Source: Neoechinorhynchus agilis
Lineage: Eukaryota; Animalia; Acanthocephala
NCBI GenBank assembly: GCA_051530055.1
Contig: CM121341.1
Location: 15,850,784-15,914,783 of the forward strand
DNA length: 64,000 bases
Direction of reading: 5' to 3'
Part shown: positions 36,859-50,534 of the stretch, piece by piece
How the letters are laid out: each line of letters starts with the position of its first letter
Position numbering within the stretch: position 1 is the first letter of the stretch
The notes under the pieces: generated by a model
The model's input: the letters and a program-made list of their open reading frames with translations, nothing else
Databases searched by the model: none
What the model was told of the DNA's origin: nothing
Translations under genes and position numbers: made by a program

Positions 36859-37340
36859 ATGGCCGCATGGGCACACAGTCCACCGATTTCGGTTTGGGAA
36901 GTGCTGGTCTACGCTCAATGTCCCAAGATGCTACGGTTATAAGCTTGTACATTCCTCCAGATTCTTAGATACCTCCAGGAGGCGGGACTTATCAGTGAGT
37001 TTCCTCCCTTCAGCAGTATTTCGTCCCCTTTGGTTGTGCGTCATCGGCGATAACGGATTCGAACCAGTCGACCCTAAATGAGATCAGTAGCATTAGTCCA
37101 CTTGACCACCTCAGCACAACTACGGAATGTACAAACTTCGCCACTTTAGCCCGCCGATGACGCACAACCAAAGGGGACGGAATACTGCCGAAAGGAGGAA
37201 ACACTGATGAGTCTCGCCTCCTGGAGGTATTTGAGAATCCGGAGGGATGTACAAACTCGTATACCGTACGGTCTTGGGCATTGAGGGCAGACCACCGCTT
37301 CTGAAACCGATATCGATGGACTGTGTGTCCATTCGGCCAT
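36859..37340. repeat. Long GC-rich imperfect inverted repeat
   Basis: Arms 36859-37049 and 37152-37340, about 80% complementary by eye, ~100-nt spacer. Confidence 0.9.
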
Positions 37341-39270
37341 GTATGGAAAAAATAAAACATATCTATAAAATAAATTCGATCTGTGCTTTTTACAGTAGAT
37401 ATTCCAGTGCTAAGAATAAACTCAAGAAAATATGTGAAGGCGCTTGATTAACGATCCACAGTTTGGCAAAATATACCAGGATGGACATTGTCATTTGTAT
37501 TAATTCTGAGGTGTGATTTTTTGCATCTCAGAGCGACGACAATGATTGCAGCTCATTTCAGCAAGATCGCAAGTTTGTAGTGATCAGTGCCATTCGCGCA
37601 AGTGTGTTTTATATTTTGGGCGAAATCGATAGCGTTTCGTATTTATCACAATCAATCTAAATTTTCCAACGAAATCAAGATTTCAAAGACGTGTTATCTG
37701 CACGCGAATTTCTATTTCCTATGTTAGTGCGTGTGCTAGGTTTTCTCAGAATAGTCCTCATGCTGAGCAAATGGCTAAAGGATTTAATATCCGCATAATT
37801 AAAGTTCGTTAAAAGCATTCCATTTCCACTCGTATTGTTCTGAATGCTAAATACAACACGGAGCTTTTTAACATAATTGTAACGAGTAATGTGAACACCC
37901 TTTATTACAAACTTCAAACTACCATAATGAATAACAGTGTTCTTATCGCGAGCGCGGTTAAAAGGAATTTCTCAAGGTTGAGAGGGGCAATCAAGGGTAA
38001 AGAGCACAAATCACATATTGCGCGTGTCGCCTTTCTCGCAATTGGGAATAAAACCAACCGCAGTTGAATTACTCATGAATAAACCTCCATCCCGCGGGGT
38101 TTTGGATCGACTTTTCGAATTTTGCTTTAAGTCAACCCCACACAATCTAGATTTAATGCACCATTTATTCCACCTGCAGCTTCAGTTCCTCGTTGTATGT
38201 TATTCATGCGTGTAGAAAGAGGTCTTGGAATCTTTAAATGCGAAACTCATCCTTGTTTAGAACTTCACTCCTCGTCGTTGCATGAATAAACCACTTCCTT
38301 CGTATACGTATTTGTCAAACAAGCCTCAAAAAGTCAACAGATCCAGTTTGTTTAGAAGGGCATTTAAGTATAAAGCAATTCGATAATGCGGATTCGGTGT
38401 TATGCTCCTTGACCAGAGACTTAGATTGATCGCCATTGATTACAAGAGAGCAGATTGCGGAAATTCACTATTGTGTCGCTAGTGTAATTCTTGTTCAGGG
38501 CACCATGAAACCTAAATGCTAAGCGGATGTTTTAATTGCCATATTGTGGACTTTTATATATATTCGTTGAACAAACACACTTAACGACAAAGAACCATAG
38601 TAAATGCGACGCCCACAATTAAACCAAAAAATTTATATTTGGCTCAACTTTCGCAATATCAGAAAATCTATCTTAAGTACTCACATAGGTAAACTTTCCA
38701 ACGCATTTTATTCCCTTCTTTTGGAAATTACTGATCCATCAGACTTGTGGCATCAGATTTCAGTGTACTTTTGTTCTTGGGTATCCATTAGCATCCAACG
38801 CGGTTCTGCCGATGCAAAGAAGTTTGGCACTAAAATGGTGGCCCCAGTGAGTGAAATTGTTTTGGTGCAACTAGAGCTCGATTGGTTGCCAAAGTACGGT
38901 TCAATCACAAATGCGGGTGGTCTATTTCGTAGGAAAAGTGAAAAATTGTTCCGACGAACACATGCACTTACCTCCGAATCACTTGCTCGTCTCGTCTACA
39001 AAGAGCATAAATAGCTATTTCGTTCCTACAATGCACTGCTGAGATCACCCAAATTTGCATTCCAAAGCTGCCCTGCAGGTGCCATATCCATGGATGCATG
39101 GAGCGCTCTTTAACGCACATTACTGACATCAATGAAGATCATCATTGCTAATATATCAACGCATGCACTTGCTCGTTGAATGCGATGAACGAACGTTCTT
39201 TTATAAGACTAAACTTGGAGTGTTTAATGAATCTCGAACCACTTTCATAGATATTTTGGCGGCAATAGGC

Positions 39271-41344
39271 ATGGCTGGAACTGTATATTGGTCTTCGATC
39301 GGTGTACTTCTCGCTTTCTTAACTCTCCAATCCACCGTATTCATCCAATGTTCATCCAAGGGCGTTAGGCGCAATTTAGCAGTAAGCGATATTTGTTACG
39401 ATGTTAATGCCAAGCTAATGTATCTCATTCACATCGACCGTGATCAGTATTTTAAGCAAATTCACAGAGGTAGGAAGGAGCTTCTAAAGTTGAAAATTGC
39501 GTATTCCTTAACTTCTATTTTGAAAAAACTACGAATAGACACCAAATCTGAAATGATATGCAAATCAACCCAAACTACATGCTGCCCGAGTGACCTGATA
39601 CAGAATTATCAGACTGCAGTAAGTGCACAAATGTCAATCCTCCTAAAACGAGAAGCCATGTCGATCAGACAAAAATTACATCGAATCTTCAAAATAATAT
39701 CCAGTTAGTCTTTACTTTCCTAACATTGTATTTCGCTTCCTTTAGGTAGTCGAATTATGTTCGATGAATTGCTCAGAGGTTACTTTGATTGCCATGCTAG
39801 CAGAACAAAACTTTTTCAATACGTAAACATCATATTACCCACAAAGGAATTAAATGCGACTTATCTTCTATCACACGCAATACCAATAGGCGGATCAGAA
39901 GTCATAAGAGTACTTAAGAATATTTCTATGGAGTCATATTTTCAAGAAGCAAAACTAACGTTACCACCACTACGTAAATGCATCCGAGATCACCTCTCAT
40001 CGGACACTCGAATCGATTTAGCAGCCATGTGTTTGCTCTGAACTAAACTAGGACAGAACGATCACAACTTAGTCGATGATAGTCAAATGTCATATTATAG
40101 CTTAAGATATATTGAAAGCACTCTTCGAACCGTAGACTCAGTTCTAGAATTGATCGAGCAAACGAAACTTACGGATTCATGCCTGTCATCTGTGACTCTC
40201 ATGGATTTATGTGTATTTTGTCGAACGAGTAAACGGGGAAAACGAATGTTTCTAAATTCATTTAGGACCAATATGAACCGAAGAGATCATGAAACTGAGA
40301 TAAAAGATCGTCGCATTTGTCTTGGATACTGCCGAAATGTAGTTCGAGGCTGTTTCTTTACCCATATATCAACTGCTCAAGAACTCAGTGAAGACATTGC
40401 GGATTTGGTTGATCACTGGTCCATTAAGAACTCACTTCCTGTTGACCATTATGCAACTGTCAGTATCGGTCTATCGTTTTAAGCTAATAAACTAGAGATC
40501 GTTATTTTACAAAAGATTTCACTGGATTTCGTCCGTAAAATACGTTTAGTGATACCTTCAATTCTCTCAAGCACAATTGAAATGTCGAATAACTGCCATA
40601 GAGCTTTAGGAGTAGCCGATATGCCGCTAACTGCTCCACCGATTCCTACATTGAACGCATTTAAAAAACCAGTATTAGGGTCAATGTTTATGGAGTCATG
40701 CGTTAACGGCACAAATGAGTACGTGAGCCGATTAAGAGAAATAATGCTGACACTTGCGAAGCACGATACAAACCTCTGGCAGGAGATTAAGGATATCGAG
40801 ATTCGGCTTAGTTCACTCAAGACAGAAATCGACCAAATATGCATTGATCAGTTCGATGTGGAGTACAGTGATAACGGTTGCTGGTTCGGATCGATTCATG
40901 GAAAGTAAGTGTAGAGAGAGTAATCGTTTTTATCAATTATATTGTCGAAGTTATTCGAGACAAGTATTCGATCCGGTTTCAAGTAACACAACTATGTTAT
41001 CAGAAACGCCAGTATTTCCTAACAAAAACGGACAATTGAACGAACTTCTAAAGCATATAAAATTGCAAATTAATTCATCGGCAGAAGTGGTAAGTGTTCA
41101 AAATGCATCCCGTCGTGCAGCACTTTCACGATTAATGCAACATTTCGCACAGGCTCGAGCGATTTTGAAAGATTACGATTATGATAAACACAAGGAATCG
41201 GTGTATGAAGAATCAATTACGGATTTTATCCCTGCAATGGATAGAGGAATCTCGGAACAAAAGGCACAGTCAAATGCATGGGCATTACATGGGTGTGCAT
41301 GGATTATCGGATTATTCACATTAGCCGTAAAATGGGCTGCTTGA
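39271..41344 (+). CDS. Glypican-like GPI-anchored protein, divergent
   Basis: Signal peptide; ICKSTQTTCC, CLSSVTLMDLCVFC, ICLGYCRNVVRGC, CWFGSIHGNY cysteine pattern; C-terminal hydrophobic GPI-type signal; 4-5 GT-AG introns. Confidence 0.75.
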
Positions 41345-42702
41345 TTGTTTTTATTAAATGTATATCAAAAGGACTTTAAAGTGTCAAAGTTTATTTGTTG
41401 TCAACATAGATTCCTTTTTAACATTTAAACATAGTTCTGTTTATACAGCTTAGCGAACAGATGCGACAGTAATAGATGAAGTATTAAGTGTATAAGGGTG
41501 AAAATAAAGAAGTATATAAATTTGTGACCGAAAAAAAATTTGAGGAGTGAATCCGATAAAATGATCAACACAAAAGGATTTCTAATATAGTTTCCTAAGT
41601 TAATCATTGCGGATAACGCAGTGCAGAAAAACTCCAAGAGAATTTCAACAAGAAGAAATTAAATTGTCTTCGTTTTACTCATTTTAGGCAGAATGTTTTA
41701 AATAAGTGAGTAAGCCAAGATCGCGGTCAAACGTCTCGTTTCTCTCGTTAAAAAAGAATCCGAAATGGTTACGAGAGCCTCGGAAGTTCAAATATTGTTT
41801 CTAAAAAAAGAGGTACTCGTTGTTTCATAAAGTATACAGTCCGGGAAAATCACCGATCTGCTTGCTTCTGGACCAATCGAATCGCATGATAAATGACCAT
41901 CTGAGACTATAATGTTCCCTATGGTCAGATTTTTTGGCGTTTAGGTGAGAAACCAAAGTTTGATATTTTGGAAATTCGTCTTTGATGCCCCCTGGAATGC
42001 ATCCCCCAATAGAAAAAAAAAGATAAATGATGCAGATTCGTTTGCGTGAGATTACAACGTGATTTATTGAAAGGCCTCAAATTAAAAGACAAGTATAGAG
42101 CGCTAATGGAATAAACCACTCTTAAATAAAGACATTATTCGAAATTGATTTATCTATGCAATTGAAAATCACGCGAGAATCCGATTATTTCTTTGTTCAA
42201 TCCAAAGCGTTTGTTCGATCAAAATTCGCGGATACAGCTTTTAATTTTCCAGCACACTTACATTTTTGAACTCAACTCATAACCTCAGAATTAGCACTTG
42301 CCACTATTTCGTTCATCGGCACTCACGATTTCCATTTTAAGACTTTCGTTGCTATAAGGATAAAGCGGCACTAGAAACGACCAACCGATGGGTATTAGTC
42401 ATTTGAAACGTCTCTTATTGGTGTTATCGCGCTTAGATCGGTGCACAGAATCGATACACTCCTAGCACTGAAAAGTAGCTTGTTTGTTAAAAAACCTATA
42501 TTGATCAATTGCGTTCTCAGTAACTCAATTCGGTCCTTGTTCCATCTATGGACTTATTTTGCGCTCAGCGACTACTAGAATTTGTTGTTTTAGCTTGCTC
42601 CCGCACTCTTTTAAATCTTTGATTTTGGGATATTCACAATGGTACGCCTTTATCAGAATTATTTTGCAAGTGTTTACGACGTAAGATCGTGCTTGCAAAA
42701 AA

Positions 42703-42780
42703 CCTTGTGATAAACGCGTATAAGATTGTCGGAATATTGGGATCAATAAATTCTTTTAATTTTTCCGCCATATAAAAACG
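42703..42780. mobile_element. Partial copy of a small MITE family (also 47169-47263 and 56184-56243)
   Basis: Shared core ATCAATAAATTCTTTTAAT and right TIR TTTTCCGCCATATAAAAAC. Confidence 0.65.
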
Positions 42781-42865
42781 TGAACAATTCAATCTTCAAA
42801 GATATTCACAATGTTTAGGAGAAGAATCAATAACATCCCTAATTGATGGTATTTGTTAGATAACC

Positions 42866-44300
42866 ATGTTCGATCGGAATTTGTCTTCGTTCTCATCAAC
42901 CGGTTCCAATTTTTTTGGTTCAGGATCAGTGACTGCAAGAAAAGGCACCGCTGGTATAAAGTTTCAAGCTACCCCTGTCTACGACACTTATCCAAAACAA
43001 AAGATTTGCACCATCACAGCAATGGTCAGTTTTAAGGACAAAAGCATCGACGAATTACGATTCGAAGATTATGAGGATAATAAGAAATCTAGTGCTACCT
43101 CTGTGGCATCCACTTTTTCTTCGTTCGGCACGCCAGCTCTTAGTACAATTACTACGACTACCACAGCAAGTTTATGGAATTTTGGTTCATCTGTGCAGAC
43201 AACTAAACCATCTACTGGATTCGCTTCCTCTTTTTTTGGAACCGGTTCCATATTTGGAAACCCTGAAACTACAAAAACTTCAGCATTTGGTACGCTTAAA
43301 AGTTCATCGATATTTCAAAGTCAACCACAGGCGTCCACGTTTTTAACCTCCGGATCGAGCACACTTAACACTTCAGTGAATGCAGAAAAGACTGATTTTC
43401 ATGCTGTGCTTCAGAGACACGATGAACATTCAAAATACCTTCAAAGACAAATGCTCCTGCAACTAACCTATACACCGTATCCGCGACCTAGCAGATTCGC
43501 GCGGGAACTGATGGACAAGCACGCCCAAAAGATTAGTGAGGAAGATCAACCAAAAGAAAAAGTAGTTGAAATAAGTGGGACGACAAATGAAACTACTACA
43601 TGTCAGCGAATGTTTAACTTTAAACGGGAAATCAATCCATCGATTCCACATGAACATTTGAATCATTGAACCATTGTAGCGTTTTGGTTCTTTGTTCGTT
43701 TGGTTCATTGATGAAGATCCTTATCAACTATGCGATCCAAAACCGATCGAACACTTGTCAAACCATACAGTCAGATTTCTCAACGATAGTCTAGACGAAA
43801 CCATATATGCCCTAATCCTACCGGAATTACAAGAAGTCTACAATGATGTATTCAAGAAAAAACGGAGAAATAAGATCCTTAAGGGGAAATTCAATCCGCA
43901 TACCATTTCCACGAGACCAGGGTATTCTATTCGTCCTTCACTTGCATATTTAAAACTTAATTCTGTAACGAGGAGATGCGTAGTTGAAAACTTTGGAGTT
44001 TATCGTGAAGGTTATGGCTCTATTATTTGGCCTGGATTAACTGACATAACCGATCTAAATATCGATAATAACGTGTTCATTGGGCGGTCTTATGTCATAG
44101 TTTATGGTGACCAATACACACCGAAACCTCAACGAGGTCGAGAATTAAATAGACCAGCGGAAATCAATCTATATCAGGTATTTGAAGATGATCTTTCCAC
44201 CGATGTGGAATTAGGAAAATATTTGGAATCAATCGGTACTGATTTATTATCTTATGACTTCTTATCTGGTTATCTATCATTTATGGTTGCTGGCTTCTGA
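42866..44300 (+). CDS. Compact Nup98-like nucleoporin (FG repeats, GLEBS, autoproteolytic-type domain), no Nup96 part
   Basis: GTAGIKFQAT..ICTITAMVSFKDKSIDELRFEDY (GLEBS), FG dipeptides, VENFGVYREGYGSIIWPG..LNRPAEINL..SFMVAGF*; frame switch near 43670 unresolved. Confidence 0.8.
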
Positions 44301-45091
44301 TGAAATAAATAACTTGCGAGTAAGCGAACGGTCACTTTAAGTGTGGAAAATAAACACCAATTACTCACCATTTAATCGTCAATTACGCTGCTTTTACGAT
44401 TATAATATTTTTCACTACAAAAGTGGTTACCTAATTCTTTGACGTCCTTGTTTGTATTAAGGAGTTTCTGTTGACGTTTCGCATTTTAACCTTTGAATCT
44501 TGATGGTACTCAATTGGGTGCTATATCAATAAATAATCGAACGCGAAATGATTCTCAAAAATAAAAGTTTTACTAAATTAAGGTACGTTTAATACAATCC
44601 TGGATCGTGATTAGTTCTCGCGGAAACTCATATCCTTTTTTTCTTGTAGCTTATATATTAGATTTGCTTGAAATTGGTCCAACATAGTATGTCATTTAAT
44701 TGTGTCACAATTACCTGATTGTATTTACTAGGTTGCTAAGTTCATTACGATTAGTTCATCTAGTTCGTTTTGAAAACAACTCTTGATAATCCAAAAATCT
44801 TACATATCCAATACGAAAGCAAGCGAACGGTGAAATGTTCTTGAATTCACGAATACGGAGAATCGCGCCAATGTTTTTTATTTATTTGGAGTTTACGCCT
44901 CTCGTTGTTAGCCATAATGAGTCGTCCCTATAAGTTTAGAACTTCTAAAAATCATAAACGTAATTAATGATGGCGTGCACTAGATTTGCCTTAAAAATCC
45001 CCTAAGCGATGTTTCGAAACTTTTAAGATCGCACTGATTTTATCTGTATGTTCTTTAAAAAAGGTATTTATTCTCCTGTCCATCAATCGGA

Positions 45092-45880
45092 TTATCGTCT
45101 AGAATTTCGAGACGCAAAATCATTTTTTGTCTTTTTACTTGATTTTAAATTTCGAACAGCTGAACGCTTTTGCGCTGACACAAGAGCAGGTTGTGCAATT
45201 TGACTCAACTGTCGATTTGGATGCACATTTGCAACAGAGGACCTTTGAGCTTCACTTGCAAACATTTCATTGATTTTAGAAGATGTCATGCACGTTAGAC
45301 GTTCAATTGGACTCGAATTGACTTCGTTGCCTGGTTCTGCTAATTTAAAGCGCTTTAAACTGAGTTCCGGTTCGACATTAACGGTGTTATTATGAACGCA
45401 CTTTATGTTGTCCTTTAAAGAAATTTCCTCGGATTTTTTCAAGTCCACCAGTCCTTTTTGCAATTGATCGGAAGGCAACATTCGTTTACCGCTACGGAGA
45501 AATCGCCCATCTTCATCAATCGGAAATGCCTTTTTCCTATTGTGCAATGCAGCTATCCTATTTGCGAAGTGAAGTTCTCGGGCGTTTGGAGGGAAAATGG
45601 TTGCCTGATACTCTATGCCGTCAAAGACAACTTTTCCCATCCTCACTCCGCACGTGTCCCTGGATTGCTCCTTAAACGAAAATTCCACTTTGCTTCCTAC
45701 AGGAAAACTTTCAAGAAATTCCCAATTAACACTTGTGGACTTGTCTTCACGTTGCGGTAAATTAAACTCAGTTTTGATTGGTGTGTACTGCTGATTTGGC
45801 GAGCAACCTGTCGATGACTTGGTTTGCGATATCACCTTGGTTTTTCGCTTTGATGAATTGCGAGATTTGCGATTCACCAT
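45092..45880 (-). CDS. 262-aa basic protein of unknown function
   Basis: Long open frame, ATG preceded by TTTCTAG; no recognisable domain. Confidence 0.55.
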   Translation of the reverse strand: MVNRKSRNSSKRKTKVISQTKSSTGCSPNQQYTPIKTEFNLPQREDKSTSVNWEFLESFPVGSKVEFSFKEQSRDTCGVRMGKVVFDGIEYQATIFPPNARELHFANRIAALHNRKKAFPIDEDGRFLRSGKRMLPSDQLQKGLVDLKKSEEISLKDNIKCVHNNTVNVEPELSLKRFKLAEPGNEVNSSPIERLTCMTSSKINEMFASEAQRSSVANVHPNRQLSQIAQPALVSAQKRSAVRNLKSSKKTKNDFASRNSRR

Positions 45881-47168
45881 CTAGAAATAGAAAAGTATTT
45901 CTTCAGACAGCTGTCCCCTCAGGTTTTAAATGATTTACTTTCCATTATATGATGAGACTAGGAGAGCGGGACAATCACATTCGTCTGTTCTCTTGAATCG
46001 AAATAAACTGGTTCTGTGTTTATCGGAGTATCAATCAGTCGTATCTCGCACTTACTCAAGATTATGACATTGAATTTAAATTTCGATCCCTCTTTGCGTA
46101 AAGTAAATGGAATGAATGGGAAAAAGTCCTGAAATCCAACCATTAAAGTGTAGCAAAAACAATCGCTCCATTTTTTTGTACCGTATTGAAAAGTAGCTCA
46201 ACTACAGTGATCTTAAAATCGAAAGCTGGCTGACGGGTGAATAAAGCTTTATTTTTACTCAGATTCCGTTCGAATTCAAGTGACTAGGAATAACACATAA
46301 TGACCCATTTGTTATTTTGCTGACCAGCTAACGGGCAAACAAACAGACAGCTTATTGATGACTTCTGCAGTCCTCACCTGATAACTGACCAGTTTCGCCA
46401 AATACAAAGCTTCTCTGTTAGGTGCATTAAGTTGCATTCTCTGATAACCAGAGGTTTCGCATCCAACATACTAATGTCAGATAAGCCTAGCATAAATTCG
46501 GATGACAAACTGTCACTGGGATGATAAATTCGGACCGGATTACAAGGTATCGAAATTGCAATCGATGGATCAGTAAGACGCTCCCTAATTGTGTTTTCTG
46601 TGTCCGACTTACAGAATTAGGAAATTGCAATTTGCCCATTTAGCTACAAGCACAGCGGTGTCGATATTGGGATTGATCGATGATCTCCCCTTCGACGCAT
46701 TCCTACAAGGTCCACTAAAAATTCCAAATGAATTATATCTCGTAATAATTTTAAATTAAAACCGAAAATATCCAACGGTATAGAAATTGGTTTGTTTTCA
46801 AACTCTGAAGCAATTTTACATTTTAATTGGGATCGAAGCTACATAATCGATTCGGCGGTCTTTCATGTAGAATGCCAAAAAGCTTAATAATTTACTTGTC
46901 ACGTATCTAGATATAGATGATACCTGGCATCCAGGTGAACGCCGAATAGAATTTTATCTATAGGACTTGCTGATAAGACACGAAGCCTAAATAGGGGTAC
47001 AGACATCACGTCAACTATTTTGCTTAAAAAAGATACAATAGTTTTAAAAATATTCCAATACCGGGCAAATTGCGAATCTTAAATGGAGATGCGCATTTCC
47101 ACAAATATCGAGCTCGTTAAACACAAAGGATCTACATTCTACGTACATGTTTTAGGATTGTATTGCTC

Positions 47169-47263
47169 ATGTTTTTATATGGCGGAAAAAGATAAAGGTA
47201 CAAGATTGTGCCGAAATATCAAAATCAATAAATTCTTTTAATTTTTCCGCCATATAAAAACAT
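47169..47263. mobile_element. Complete ~95-bp MITE
   Basis: ATGTTTTTATATGGCGGAAAAA ... TTTTTCCGCCATATAAAAACAT terminal inverted repeats. Confidence 0.8.
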
Positions 47264-48406
47264 TCTACATACAAAAGTTTTAAAGATTATCTTAAACACA
47301 TCCATTGGATCAACAGGCTCTAAAAGTAACCTGATCCAAATGCGAAACTATTTGTTTTGTGGGTTTATTTACTCGGCACTGTTGTTTCCTTTTAAGTTGG
47401 ATAGTTCAATAATCAATCGGTGACATGCTTTACCAAATCGATTGCTACAATCTCATAAATGAAAACTGCAATTGGCTTTGTGTTCAAACAAAAAGTTGTA
47501 TAATCGTGCACCGACACCATTTTAAGCCCTTAGTTTTCTGAAAAGCGCATTTGTTATCTACAAAAAGTGTTGAAACAGTCTTGATTATCTCACATATTTA
47601 GTCTGAGTAGGTTAAAATTGCTTTTCTACTCCTCATTGTTATGTCTCAAGTCCGTCTGCTCTGAATTCATGTGTTAGGTGGGTAGGTCTGGAAAACCAGT
47701 GAACTATTTCGACGAGTCCTATTAAATATCTATTAAACTCACAGTAATTCTACACCACGTAGCATCCGCGTTCATGCTTTTATAATGCAAATTATCAAAA
47801 GGACCTTTTGTTTGGATTTGACAGTATTATTTTCTATGATGGAGTTCTGTCTCAAATCGTTTACGCCGTCGTGTCTCATGTGAATGTCAAGGAATCAATC
47901 TCGTATTTCCGTGTGTAATGAAGCTGCCTGCTGATTTATCGGATACTGACTTTTGTCGTGGCCCTTGCAATGGCGGAGTTTCGTGGGTTCCTCATTTTTC
48001 GTACAGCGACGTTCTCTTATACGCTGATAGATGCGGGTTTAAAGAGACAAAGAATACGATTGGTGTTGCATTGATGGAAACGCACTGACCGCCACGGATA
48101 TTAGGTTTTATGGATGTCCACTGCAATGCTTCTTTTCTACAGCGAATACTCTGATATAAGACAATGCGACAGCACAAATCCGTCTTTTTCAAAGATATTG
48201 TTTTCTAAGAGGCCGCACAATATAATCCGAGTGCGACTAACGAATATTTAAAGGTTTTTTAGAAGAAACAAGAGCATTTTCAAATTAAGCAAGTTCGAGA
48301 AGAGACTTTTCAGTATGATGCTCGATTCTGAATAATATACGGGATATCTAATGCCCTTCGTCCAAATAAGTGTCAATTGATTATAAACTATTAATCAGTC
48401 GCTTTA

Positions 48407-49194
48407 TTAGATAAACATAAGCTTGTCAGGTTCTTCGCATAATCTCTGTAGAGTCCATCCGTTATAGACGGAATACTTTTGAGCATATTCCAGTCCCGGA
48501 ACAAGACGACAAACCATATGAAGTTCATGGACGAACTGATTGACTTTCTCTTGATCGATTAGACTAGCAACTCTTGTTCTAAACATCTTCGATTTTACGT
48601 GGTAATGTTTGAGATAGTCCGTAATAAGCCTCGTGGCGTTAGGTTGATTGCATTTTAGCACTTGGAGTTCATTGAAGACGAATCGAAATATCCGATCGTA
48701 ATAGCTGCTTTTGACTCTATAAAGACACTTGTAAAACGTGGGGAAGATCTTGGATTTACTCACTTGAACCACTCTGGGGAGCAAGGACGAATTTGTTGAT
48801 CAGTACCTCGAGATGGATCTTTAGGATCTTCAATCTTAGCAACGAATACCGATTTGCGATAAAGGAATCGTTTTATGTACTTGATGCGCTGTGACACTTT
48901 CCTACAATTCATTATTTTGCGAACAGTTTTTAAATTTTCAATCGATAGATTGAGTTCACTTTCTCCGTTGTATTTTACAAGTCGGCACACGCCGTCGGAA
49001 GAGAACAGATTTGATCGACAGAGAAAGCAAGTGGAATCCTTTAAGCTTCTATTCTTTGAACATATCCATTTTATCATACAAGACTTACAGGCTGCATGAT
49101 TGCATTCTGAGGACTTTAGAAAAAAAGATTGAGTATATCGTTCCAAGCAGATGATGCATGGCACTGCTTCGTTTTCCTGTGGCTTAGAAGACAT
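48407..49194 (-). CDS. TOPORS-like RING E3 ligase (short)
   Basis: C3HC4 RING CIIC..CNHAACKSC..CFLC; a 47-nt GTGAGT...TTTATAG intron joins it to DRIFRFVFNELQVL..VNQFVHEL, which resembles the TOPORS post-RING helical region. Confidence 0.65.
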
Positions 49195-50534
49195 CAATGT
49201 CAGTATTTGGCTTTAAGAAAAACGCACAACAATGATCGAGTTTTCTATCGGGTCTTTTTTATTTTACTGTAGAAAAAGAAGATGATTCAAAAATCTAAAA
49301 GTCGTAAAGTAATCAAGATTAAAGCCGGATGGATGGACTAAGCACAAAATCGAATCAAATATATTTCTAACGGGTAAGGTCCTGTCGTTCATCCAAATGC
49401 TATTTTTTTGACAGAATTAAGTTTGGATCAAATCTTAAAATGATAGCATCAATAACATCTTTAGTTCGTCCAACACAATCGTAATCGTGCTTCTCGATTT
49501 TTACTTCACATTTAGTCATTTTAACGATGAGAATCAAACTTGCTACACATTTCGAAAGTACATTGAATCAAATGTCTTAAACGGACCACATTTGATGCTT
49601 CATGTCGACAAAGATTTAGAGTTCTTAACCACTATGATATTTTAGAACTCTGATGGATAGATTATCTTAATGACCTTGATTTTAAGATTGATCACTTCAT
49701 TCAAAGCCTAAGACCGCTCAGTCTTATGAACTTTTAGTCAGGACACGATGAACGCTTGTATATTACAATAGTCATGTTTGAAACTGGATATACTTAAGCA
49801 ATTCGGCGGGGACGGTTTAATTGAAATAAACGCACCAAAAATATCAACAAATCCGACTGCGCCCGGGAGGGCAATTAACAAGCTTAGCGGTCAAATAAAA
49901 TTAAAAAATCTCTTCACTTTTAGAACTTAGAAGTTATAGTGCACTGTCACCTACTAGATGATTAAAATTCAATCAAAAAATGAAAGGTGGACGTATGGTT
50001 CATCCAAAGAATAGAAAATACTTTAATGAAAAAGAACTTCAGAAGTTTCAAGTAGACAACAGCTATTAGAAAGAGTTTTGATTTTGCGATATAAGATTTT
50101 AAGATGATTTGGACGAAAATACTTAAGGCAAAAGTCACTATTTTTAACATTAAAATAAGGCGGACGTGAGTCTACAACGATTTATGCATCTTACGTGCCA
50201 ATATCCAATTGATGGCCTAAAAGTTTAAATTCATTTGAAGTTCAAATCAATCAAACAATATTTTGATGATTAAGCATGCTACTGTTAGGAACATATCTTT
50301 TTATGCAAAATATTTTTAACAATTATAACCGAGACATTTTTATTTGTTATCTCCTATCAACAAATACCAATGAATTATCTTTTCAACCGAGACATATCTT
50401 AGTACTTATCAAAACCAACATTTATTCCACGATTTTAATTACAACCAGCTGCCAATCGCACTATTTCCTCTATGACTTTAAAACTCGTCTTATTTTTCTA
50501 TAAGCTAAAATTTACGTCCAAATATTCCACAGAC

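Noticed and set aside
37204-37211. CTGATGAG hammerhead core inside the long inverted repeat
   Set aside because: No stem II-GAAA-stem III arrangement at suitable spacing.
37675-39140. Possible minus-strand gene upstream of the glypican-like gene
   Set aside because: One good-looking GT-AG intron (~38930-38980), but no consistent open exon chain could be built.
40039-40041. In-frame TGA (glypican) and TAA at ~62043 (COG6) as stop-codon readthrough or recoding
   Set aside because: Both fall inside canonical 42-nt and 54-nt GT-AG introns that restore the frame.
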